Below, one piece after another: positions 37,816 through 44,949 of a DNA stretch of 64,000 nt. The stretch is from an uncultured Pirellula sp. (lineage in GTDB: Bacteria; Planctomycetota; Planctomycetia; Pirellulales; Pirellulaceae): positions 46 through 64,045 of the forward strand of contig CAYMXM010000001.1 in NCBI GenBank assembly GCA_964394065.1, written 5' to 3'. Each line of letters opens with the position of its first letter. The stretch's first letter is position 1. The position numbers were made by a program, and so were the translations under genes. A model generated the notes under the pieces. It saw only the letters and a list, made by a program, of their open reading frames with translations, ran no database searches and had not been told where the DNA came from.

Positions 37816-38128
37816 CTTGGTGAGTCCTTTGTTTGAGTACATCGAGCGTTTGATGAAGTTCTTTTCTTGCACGTGTCGAGCCGTCCCAGTCGTAAATCAC
37901 TGCATCAACTAAGCGGAGAATCTCGGATCTCATGGGAACTTTCGGGGGAACCAACAACACGGTCTTGCGACCGTCGGCGATCGCGGCCCCAAGGCTCATG
38001 TAGCAACAGTCTTGTTCATTTCGGCTGGGCCCCCACAGCACGCATTGAAACCAATACTTCCGCATCGTCTCATTGAGTGCTTGGGATCTTGTAGTTCGGT
38101 CGGGGAATACGCGATTGATTCCGGTCAT
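37796..38128 (-). CDS. Second NDT/TIR-like fold protein
   Basis: CVLW...CYMSLGAAIADGRKTVLL.P...LVDAVI; S at the catalytic Glu position. Confidence 0.45.
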   Translation of the reverse strand: MTGINRVFPDRTTRSQALNETMRKYWFQCVLWGPSRNEQDCCYMSLGAAIADGRKTVLLVPPKVPMRSEILRLVDAVIYDWDGSTRARKELHQTLDVLKQRTHQDADARN

Positions 38129-38361
38129 GATTTCACCTCGCATGGCCTCAGATCGTCGAGGCTCCACAGATCCGTCCGTTTTCGCCAGCCGGAACGGACG
38201 ACCACCTCAAAGAATCCCTTGAACAGTCCTTGCTGCAACACCTCGCCACGTCCGCATACGCGCGATAGGTGGTGTTCACGCGATCGCACGAACACGCGAT
38301 CCCCGGGGCGCGGGCTCCAGCCATCGACTGGCTTCGCGAAAGCTCGTTGTCTCGGTGTCAT
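38125..38361 (-). CDS. Small SH3/KOW-like hypothetical protein
   Basis: PGDRVFV...GEVL...EVVV...LDDLRP; overlaps both neighbours. Confidence 0.6.
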   Translation of the reverse strand: MTPRQRAFAKPVDGWSPRPGDRVFVRSREHHLSRVCGRGEVLQQGLFKGFFEVVVRSGWRKRTDLWSLDDLRPCEVKS

Positions 38362-39452
38362 GACGCGAGCCTCTCAAGCAGGGATTCTTCCACCTTGAGA
38401 TAGTTGTTCCTCGCAACCATCGGGGAATGCCCAAGAAGCATTCCGGCCTGCTGAGGTGTGATTGTCGGATCCGACGCCAAATGATTCGCACGCGTTGCTC
38501 GTAAGGCGTTGTATGGGGGCGCCCAACGTGGGACGCCGGCGCGGGTCTGCAAACCGTAGAGCCATTCGTAGCAGTTGTTCTCCGTGATCCTCGATAAGAT
38601 GCGTTCCTCCGGATCTCGGCCGCTGAGCAGCTCGGGGAGATGCTCGCGAATGGCCGGGTAGACCGGATTGACCCGGACGCGTTGATTCTTCGTCTCTTGA
38701 ATGTAGATACGGTTGCGATCAAGCTCGATATCGCAAGCGCGCAGGGCGAGCCCTTCCCGAAGGCGACAACCGGTCCATTGGCAAAGCCGCAACCAATAAC
38801 GTTCTTCTGTGTCGGTGCAAAGCTCGACCAGGTAGTCGATCCATTCCCAATGCACCGTGTCTTTGGAGCGTGGGGCAATGGTGCGGTTCAAAGCATCGCA
38901 CGGGTTAGTCTTGATCGCTCCTTTACTTCGGAGCCACTCAAAGAACAACCGCCAGTTCTTCGCGATGCGAGCCAGTGTATTCTCAGCGTATGCGTAGGAC
39001 TCCTCGAGGTCGGCTAGCAGGTCCGTGAGGCACCCCTCATCGATGCGAGGTACGTCGATCGATAGACGCTGCAGCTTGCGAACGTCGCGTAGAACTGCCT
39101 CGTCAGTTGCGACGTCAGTCGATTGTTCTTGGCGAAATACCTCGAACTCATCGATCCAATCCTCCCACGATCGCCGCTCCGGATCGATTGCGTGCGAGTC
39201 CTCGAGGTGCAACCGCTCCTGCAGGTACGCGAACTGTTTCCGCGGAATCGCTTTGAGCCAATCGGTCGTCGCTTGGGCGATCGGCAGCTCCAACTGCTGC
39301 GCCTCGAGCAATCGTCCGACGTGCCGCTTTAGTGTCGACCACTCACGTTCCCCAAGCTTGAACCGCTTGAAGCAAAGCGTGTCCTGTCGGCCAACGCGGG
39401 GCCCAGCCTGATGCCGGAAGATGAGTTGTCGATCGACGTCTCGGCTAAACAT
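38358..39452 (-). CDS. Tyrosine recombinase 2 (in the early operon)
   Basis: WTGCRLRE, NALRATR and LLGHS...NNY motifs, plus a core-binding domain. Confidence 0.88.
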   Translation of the reverse strand: MFSRDVDRQLIFRHQAGPRVGRQDTLCFKRFKLGEREWSTLKRHVGRLLEAQQLELPIAQATTDWLKAIPRKQFAYLQERLHLEDSHAIDPERRSWEDWIDEFEVFRQEQSTDVATDEAVLRDVRKLQRLSIDVPRIDEGCLTDLLADLEESYAYAENTLARIAKNWRLFFEWLRSKGAIKTNPCDALNRTIAPRSKDTVHWEWIDYLVELCTDTEERYWLRLCQWTGCRLREGLALRACDIELDRNRIYIQETKNQRVRVNPVYPAIREHLPELLSGRDPEERILSRITENNCYEWLYGLQTRAGVPRWAPPYNALRATRANHLASDPTITPQQAGMLLGHSPMVARNNYLKVEESLLERLAS

Positions 39453-39825
39453 TGCTGGCCTCCGGTTGCTTGGGAAGTCGATATTCCGCTCCGAGCCCCT
39501 TTAACACTTCGATAACATCTCCACGCGTGGCATAACGCTTGCCGGCGAGGACCAACCCCTCCCCCGATGCCATACGTCCAAACGCTTCTTTGATCCCGGC
39601 CATCAACTGCAGCTCAAGGAGACGATTGGCGAATATGCAACGGATCCACAGAACGCTGGTGTACGATTCGTGAATGGTGAAGTCAGCGTATTGATACTCG
39701 GCGGCCTGGCTCACATCCCCGCCGATTGAATGAAGCCAAGCCATCGTTACCGGCTCTCTTGCCTCGCTGATGCCTAGCGGTTGCTCGATCGTGATTAGTA
39801 TGTCCTGCTCAGGTTGCCGCGACAT
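39445..39825 (-). CDS. Hypothetical phage protein
   Basis: AAGGAGG RBS before the ATG at 39825. Confidence 0.7.
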   Translation of the reverse strand: MSRQPEQDILITIEQPLGISEAREPVTMAWLHSIGGDVSQAAEYQYADFTIHESYTSVLWIRCIFANRLLELQLMAGIKEAFGRMASGEGLVLAGKRYATRGDVIEVLKGLGAEYRLPKQPEASNV

Positions 39826-40156
39826 GACGGTCCTCCTTGCGAGACGATTGCATCGTGATTTCGTGGCGTGCAATGTTCACGCAACGGGGAGCTTCGATCG
39901 CGAGCTTCAAGTCGTCCGAAGTAAACTCCGACACTGTGATCGTGACCTCGATGTCGTCGACGGTCACTACGATTGATTCGCCTGAGTGGCGTCGGATGAT
40001 TGCGCCAACATCGCTTGTGACGGGGGAGGAGCTGTCAGTCGCGACCAGCGACATAACAGCTTCGAGACGATCGCGGCTCAATAGCGTGAGCATGATGCGG
40101 ACGTCGAGCACCTCCATGATGATCGATCGACCAATCTTTCGTCGTAAGCAGAGCAT
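39809..40156 (-). CDS. csrA: Tandem-domain CsrA/RsmA-like RNA-binding protein
   Basis: Unit 1 MLCLRRKIGRSIIMEVLDVRIMLTLLS; unit 2 IRRHSGESIV...IEVTITV...LKLAIEAPRCVNIARHEI. Confidence 0.75.
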   Translation of the reverse strand: MLCLRRKIGRSIIMEVLDVRIMLTLLSRDRLEAVMSLVATDSSSPVTSDVGAIIRRHSGESIVVTVDDIEVTITVSEFTSDDLKLAIEAPRCVNIARHEITMQSSRKEDRHVAAT

Positions 40157-40160
40157 AGGT

Positions 40161-40201
40161 TCATCCCTGTATGGCAGCCGTTAAATGGAGCCCTCATCCT
40201 G
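40161..40201 (-). promoter_or_regulatory. Two CsrA-type binding sites in the csrA-like leader
   Basis: AUACAGGGAUGA over the RBS (40172-40161) matches RUACARGGAUGU at 11/12; CAGGAUG at 40201-40195. Confidence 0.6.
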
Positions 40202-40258
40202 CCTCGCGTAGTACTACGAAACAGAATGAGGGAAATGGCCGCCGGCGCTCTTGATGAG

Positions 40259-40495
40259 CTACGGCAGCGACACCTCGATCCGCCTCTCGACGGACGAGGA
40301 GGTTCGAACCAACGAACTGAATCGGATGTTGTCAAATCGCCACGCGCTCCGAGAACGATCCACCGCGATGCGAATCGAACGAGGCAACGCTTTACCGTTG
40401 TGGATGCGTCGCATCGCTTGTTGTTCTTCGCGCATGCGTTGAGCAGCCGCGAAACCGCGTAATGCCGGTGTTCTGTTATTGCTGCTTGTTGACAT
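40259..40495 (-). CDS. Small basic hypothetical protein
   Basis: 78-aa ORF just after the 40520 terminator; weak RBS. Confidence 0.45.
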   Translation of the reverse strand: MSTSSNNRTPALRGFAAAQRMREEQQAMRRIHNGKALPRSIRIAVDRSRSAWRFDNIRFSSLVRTSSSVERRIEVSLP

Positions 40496-40519
40496 GATCG
40501 ATTTTGTTTTACTGGTTCG

Positions 40520-40563
40520 AAAAAGCCCGCCACCCCGGATTGATGATGCGTCGGGGTGGCGGG
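40520..40563 (-). terminator. Intrinsic terminator in the early leader
   Basis: Perfect 12-bp stem CCCGCCACCCCG/CGGGGTGGCGGG followed by CTTTTT. Confidence 0.85.
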
Positions 40564-40628
40564 AACACGAAAGGGGGCTTTGGTCCCTCCGCGTCCCCCT
40601 CGCAATCGCCTGACAGCGTGCGAGGGGA

Positions 40629-40751
40629 AACCGCCTGCAGGATTCGAACCTGCGACCTACTCGGTAGTGCAACAGCGCAGAGGTTCGACAGTCGGAGAAG
40701 TCCTCAAGCTATTGCGATACCGAGTCGCTCTACCAACTGAGCTACGACGGT
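40629..40751 (-). ncRNA. tRNA-like RNA with the anticodon loop replaced by a 57-nt hairpin
   Basis: Acceptor ACCGTCG/AGGCGGT, D arm GCTC-AGTTGGTA-GAGC, anticodon stem ACTCG/CGAGT, variable loop AGGTC and T arm GCAGG-TTCGAAT-CCTGC; the insert self-pairs. Confidence 0.85.
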
Positions 40752-40855
40752 ACGGCTCGATGCAAGAGCACCGAGCATGAGCCCGAGACAGGCAGCGTTT
40801 GAGACCACTCGAAACAAACGCCGCAAGGGCTTGAAGAACGCGAGCCACGCGGCCC

Positions 40856-40893
40856 AAAAACGAACAAAGCCCACTGAATCAGGTCCAGTGGGC
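40856..40893 (-). terminator. Terminator-like hairpin downstream of the XRE gene
   Basis: GCCCACTG/CAGTGGGC stem followed by TTTGTTCGTTTTT. Confidence 0.65.
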
Positions 40894-40901
40894 CACAGTG
40901 T

Positions 40902-40950
40902 CGGCAGAATTCTGCCGGCGTGCAATAGGGATTCGGCAGAATTCTGCCGA
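40902..40950. promoter_or_regulatory. Two identical perfect operator palindromes overlapping a putative early promoter
   Basis: CGGCAGAATTCTGCCG at 40902-40917 and 40934-40949; minus-strand TTGCAC-N17-GACACT at 40925-40897. Confidence 0.75.
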
Positions 40951-41202
40951 TTATTTTCGAAATTCGTCCATACTTATCTCGAAGAAATCGGCAATTGCAG
41001 CCGCGGTATCGCCACTAATTGAATACGGATACGTGCCGTTATACAGAGCTTGGGTCGAGCGTTCCGCTATGCCAAGTGCTTTCGCAACGTCTTGGTGGCG
41101 GATACCGGACTCATCCACAAGTTCCCGAAAACGCTTGCTCACACCTTTAGTAAACTCAAGGTTCGCGATTGTTGCCGCTTTAGCTGTTGCCATTTCAATC
41201 AT
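40951..41202 (-). CDS. XRE-family HTH regulator (repressor/Cro-like)
   Basis: RFRELVDESGIRHQDVAKALGIAERST...IADFFEISMDE. Confidence 0.9.
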   Translation of the reverse strand: MIEMATAKAATIANLEFTKGVSKRFRELVDESGIRHQDVAKALGIAERSTQALYNGTYPYSISGDTAAAIADFFEISMDEFRK

Positions 41203-41308
41203 CCCCTAAGAATAGTCATTAAGCCCGAACGAGCAAATCTGCTTCTTTTGTTTCCGCGTCGTGGCGAGGTTCATTTTGCTGTTCACCTGAAGTGGGTTTA
41301 GGCAGGTA

Positions 41309-41791
41309 TCAAACCGGCCAGAATGGAGCACCAAAAAGATCTTGGATGCGTTTCCGTTCCTCGTCCGTCGTGCTCGGATCTTTAATGAGAAGGTCGATTG
41401 CTTCATCGCAAACGCGACCAGACTTTCCAGAAGCTTCGTACACTTGCTCCTGGACCGAACGGATAAACTGCTTGGAAGCTGGAAAAGCAGTAGGATCCTG
41501 GACGATTGGTTTGGTCACCTTGTGGCAATCATCAATGCGGATTCTTTTCTTCTCACCCAACTCCTTTATCCGGCTGACTCCTTTGGCTGTGATGCCTTGA
41601 ATAGTCATAAACTTTTCGCCTGATAGACCTGCGATGCCGAGCCGAACGTCTAGGAAATTGCTATCCGCTAGGTATTGGCAACGGTGGTACAGTGTTTCCT
41701 CGTCGGCGTACTTAATCACCATCTGCCCTGGAGTACAGTCTGGGTTGTTTTTGACGAACCCAAGGATTGCTAAGTCAAGAGAATCGCTCAC
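41309..41791 (-). CDS. Winged-helix-like hypothetical protein
   Basis: LAILGFV...CQYLADSNFL...ITAKGVSRI; GTG overlapping the upstream stop. Confidence 0.65.
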   Translation of the reverse strand: MSDSLDLAILGFVKNNPDCTPGQMVIKYADEETLYHRCQYLADSNFLDVRLGIAGLSGEKFMTIQGITAKGVSRIKELGEKKRIRIDDCHKVTKPIVQDPTAFPASKQFIRSVQEQVYEASGKSGRVCDEAIDLLIKDPSTTDEERKRIQDLFGAPFWPV

Positions 41792-41925
41792 AGCTTCCTC
41801 CTCATCAGGCTCGCCGCCCCAGCATGAGACGCAAGAGATGTCCTAGTGGCGATTTCATCAGACGCCAAACCACTCGACCTAGCGCAAACAATCACAAGAT
41901 CATTAAGCGTAAGTTTCACAAGCAT
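41788..41925 (-). CDS. 45-aa protein, first phage gene after tRNA-Phe (absent from the ORF track)
   Basis: GGAAGGAG RBS; MLVKLTLNDLVIVCARSSGLASDEIATRTSLASHAGAASLMRRKL*; GTGA coupling to the next gene. Confidence 0.65.
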   Translation of the reverse strand: MLVKLTLNDLVIVCARSSGLASDEIATRTSLASHAGAASLMRRKL

Positions 41926-42043
41926 GGTACTCCTTCCTGATTGGATGAAGTGATCAGCTCTCCTGTGGTCAAATCGAAGGGGGGCACCGCCGTTAAACGG
42001 CTATGCTATGCTCGCGATGCGGTTGATCACTTGAAAAATTGAC

Positions 42044-42095
42044 AAGTGGTCAGGGCCGGGATCGAACCGGCGACACATGGATTTTCAGTCCATTG
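42044..42095. repeat. Prophage att direct repeat, right copy (within the intact tRNA)
   Basis: Identical 52 bp to 5825-5876. Confidence 0.97.
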
Positions 42096-42119
42096 CTCTA
42101 CCTACTGAGCTACCTGACC
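42047..42119 (-). tRNA. tRNA-Phe(GAA)
   Basis: GGTCAGGTAGCTCAGTAGGTAGAGCAATGGACTGAAAATCCATGTGTCGCCGGTTCGATCCCGGCCCTGACCA; full cloverleaf; CCA not encoded. Confidence 0.97.
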
Positions 42120-42333
42120 AACCCGGAGAGAGCGGGAGCTCCCCCTTTTGGGAGGGAAGATCGCCACAACCGTGAGGACGAATGTATTTCCAAAAGAGAA
42201 GTTTGTCAATTCAGCCTGCCCATGTTTGTCAAGAACGGCTCCTCACGGTACCCTTGGGAGGGGGATCGCGACGGTTTCCTGGCCAATTTTTCACCAGAAC
42301 GCTCTTGGTTTCGACGGTTGTAGAGGGCAAATT

Positions 42334-43998
42334 TTGTTCAGACGTGCAAAATCGGCAGTTTTCGGTATCTTCTGGATCGTTCTCTGCGCTTCCCTCGCGT
42401 CTTTAAGCTCCTTAGCCGTTGCACAGCCTTATGACCCCTATCACCCCGTCGTTCAGGAGATGGTGAAAAGGGGAATCGGTTACCTTTCTTCTAAACCGGT
42501 CAACGAGGGGAATCCTGGCGTCAACATGCTCACCGCCATGGCTATCTATAAAGCCGATCCTGAAGTGAGCCTGACGCACCCTCGGATCAAAAAGGGAATC
42601 GATGAAGCGGTATTGACGAGTCAGAAATTGAAAGGAAACCGCTTTCATTGGGAACACGATTCGATGTATGCGGTTCCTGTCGCCGGGATGCTTCTAACCT
42701 CGATCGATCCCGCCCGTTACGCCGAGGAAATTCGCTCCATTCGCGACGCCCTTCTCGCAACCCAACGCCCGCATGGTGGATTCGGGTATATGAGTCCGGG
42801 AGAGCAACTTCGCAAGGGGCAAGGAGATATTTCTCAAACGCAGTACGTTATGCTCTGCTTTTGGACTATGCATCAAGCCGATTTTGAAATCCCCCCCAAA
42901 GCACTGACCGACTGCATGAAGTTTTTAACCGCCGCCCAGCATCCCGACGGTGGTTGGGGATACCAGTTTCCTGACCCAGCTCCCACAGAGGCAAATGCCA
43001 CGCACTCCCGCTCCTCGGCAGGTTTTTCTGCATACCTAATTGCAGCGGACACTCTCGGAATGTTTCGGAGCAAATGGGCGGAACTTCAAGAAGACGAAGG
43101 GCTCGTCCCTGCGGCTTTCGTCCGAGTCGATCCGAATGCAGAACAAAAACCCAAGGGGCAGGGGATCGATCGTGCTCAGGTCGAAAGTGTGATTAAGAAG
43201 GGGGAGACTTGGTTTTCCTCCAGATCCTATACGCGAACTATGTTCCATTACTACTATGTCTACAGCCAAGAGCGCTTCGAGTCATTTTTAGAAGCGCAGC
43301 GAGGTAAGAGAGTCAAAAGCCCTGATTGGTACAACCAAGGAGTTGAAGCCTTGATGGCGAGCCAAACCCCGGCTGGGGCTTGGGGGGCAAGCCCCGATGC
43401 GTATGATCAATTTCTCGCTCCTGATGTTTGCACCAGTTTCGCCATCCTTTTCTTGATACGAAGTACTCAAAAAGCCATCGGCGAACTGCATGACGACGTG
43501 CTTTTAGGAGGACAAGGCCTCCCGGAAGACCCGACCTCGGTCGTCGTCAAAAACGGGAAGATTATGAACCGAACGACTGCCTCCAGCATCGACGAAGCGT
43601 TAAAAATGCTTGAGGACAACAGCAGCGCCGATGGGAAAGATGCTCTTCTGCCCGACCAAATCCCCCTCGCGGCTGATCCCAAAGAACGAAAGGATCAGTT
43701 GAATCGCTTTGCTCGCTTAATGCACTCACGAGATGCACCCACGCGACGATTCGCGGCCCGGTTACTCGGACGAGGGGATGATCTCGATTTCGTACCGGCG
43801 CTGATCTATGGACTGACCGACCCCGATAGCTCAGTCGCTAGACACGCGGAAGCATCCCTGCGTCTAATCTCCAGGCAGCTCGGAACCTATCACCTGCCCC
43901 GCGAAGGCTCGATCGAAATGGTCCAACGGAACAACGCCGTTCTGAAATGGCGAAGCTGGTATCTTACGGTCCGCCCCGACTACGTGTTTGTTGACTAA
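42334..43998 (+). CDS. Exported prenyltransferase/squalene-oxidase-repeat protein with HEAT repeat
   Basis: Signal peptide after a TTG at 42334; QxxxGGW-type repeats (TQRPHGGFGY, AQHPDGGWGY, SQTPAGAW); HEAT-like C-terminus. Confidence 0.75.
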   Translation: MFRRAKSAVFGIFWIVLCASLASLSSLAVAQPYDPYHPVVQEMVKRGIGYLSSKPVNEGNPGVNMLTAMAIYKADPEVSLTHPRIKKGIDEAVLTSQKLKGNRFHWEHDSMYAVPVAGMLLTSIDPARYAEEIRSIRDALLATQRPHGGFGYMSPGEQLRKGQGDISQTQYVMLCFWTMHQADFEIPPKALTDCMKFLTAAQHPDGGWGYQFPDPAPTEANATHSRSSAGFSAYLIAADTLGMFRSKWAELQEDEGLVPAAFVRVDPNAEQKPKGQGIDRAQVESVIKKGETWFSSRSYTRTMFHYYYVYSQERFESFLEAQRGKRVKSPDWYNQGVEALMASQTPAGAWGASPDAYDQFLAPDVCTSFAILFLIRSTQKAIGELHDDVLLGGQGLPEDPTSVVVKNGKIMNRTTASSIDEALKMLEDNSSADGKDALLPDQIPLAADPKERKDQLNRFARLMHSRDAPTRRFAARLLGRGDDLDFVPALIYGLTDPDSSVARHAEASLRLISRQLGTYHLPREGSIEMVQRNNAVLKWRSWYLTVRPDYVFVD

Positions 43999-44025
43999 GG
44001 TGAGGGGAGCAGAATAAGAGAAGAC

Positions 44026-44934
44026 ATGGCGAAGAGTAAACCAGGAAAAAACAAAGGGATGTTCGAAGTCGACGACTCGTCGATGCGCGCGAGCAAAGTC
44101 GACCATGTCTCGAGCATGCTCACAAGCCTCCTCGTCCTGGCAGCGCTCGCAGTCATCTTGCTCGGTATCTATTTTTTCATGCACCTGACCTCGACTCGCG
44201 AGGAAGTCCTGGTCTTACCACCTGAACAGATTGCAGGTCGCGGGGACAATGCCCCAGGGTTTGAACGAGACTTCGATCCACCTGCGGCCGACGAGGTCGA
44301 ACAGCTTTCCGAACCTGCGATGGAATCGACCTTGCAGATGGTCTCCGATGCGATCTCCAACGTCACCGATATGATGGAAACGATTCAAGGAGCGAGCAGC
44401 TCCTCGGGAGGACGTGGAGATAGCCGACAAGCTGGCCCCGAAGGAGAAGGGGACAACATCGTTCCCCGATTCGAACGATGGGACCTCAAGTTCCAAGCAC
44501 GTGACCGTCGAGGTTATGCGGCTCAGTTGGATTTCTTCAAAATCGAACTCGGCACCTACGGTGGTACCAATCCGGTCGTCGAATATGTTTCGAATCTAAC
44601 AGGACCCGCCAGCCGACGAACCGGCTCCCCTAAAGAAGATAAACGCCTTTATTTTCTGAGCGTTACCGAAGGGGTCTTAAAACAATACGACAAGCAGATC
44701 CTCGAAAGCGCCGGTGTCAACGTGGGAACGCGCCCACCGATAAAATTTGTCCCTCCAGAAGCCGAAGAGCTCCTCGCTCAAGCCGAAGCGCGGTACTATC
44801 GCGACAAGCATAGCCCCGATATCCGCGTTGCTAACATCGCCAAAACGGTTTTCGAATGCCGCCCCGCTGCCTCGGGAAGTGGTTTTGAGTTTGTCGTTGT
44901 TGATCAGCGATATCGTACGACTCGCAAAGATTGA
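44026..44934 (+). CDS. Hypothetical single-TM protein
   Basis: N-terminal TM helix and an acidic linker; operonic with its neighbours. Confidence 0.75.
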   Translation: MAKSKPGKNKGMFEVDDSSMRASKVDHVSSMLTSLLVLAALAVILLGIYFFMHLTSTREEVLVLPPEQIAGRGDNAPGFERDFDPPAADEVEQLSEPAMESTLQMVSDAISNVTDMMETIQGASSSSGGRGDSRQAGPEGEGDNIVPRFERWDLKFQARDRRGYAAQLDFFKIELGTYGGTNPVVEYVSNLTGPASRRTGSPKEDKRLYFLSVTEGVLKQYDKQILESAGVNVGTRPPIKFVPPEAEELLAQAEARYYRDKHSPDIRVANIAKTVFECRPAASGSGFEFVVVDQRYRTTRKD

Positions 44935-44949
44935 TCTAGATAAATAAAT

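Larger units (their letters stand above)
5825..42095. mobile_element. HK97/lambda-like siphovirus prophage (~36.3 kb) integrated in tRNA-Phe(GAA)
   Basis: 52-bp att repeats, an integrase 81 bp from the left repeat, and intact terminase, portal, protease, capsid, connector, tail and replication genes. Confidence 0.97.

Noticed and set aside
40629-40751. Ordinary tRNA with a group I or archaeal-type intron, or tmRNA
   Set aside because: The insert is only ~50 nt with no clear bulge-helix-bulge; splicing gives a non-canonical loop; there is no G3-U70 pair or tag ORF, and the D stem is intact, unlike tmRNA.
42039-42044. Perfect TTGACA overlapping the att edge as an attP-formed int promoter
   Set aside because: No plausible -10 element 16-18 bp downstream within the core.
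42148-42333. N-terminal extension of the 616-aa ORF
   Set aside because: It runs through the tRNA upstream region; a TTG at 42334 with an RBS gives a proper signal peptide.
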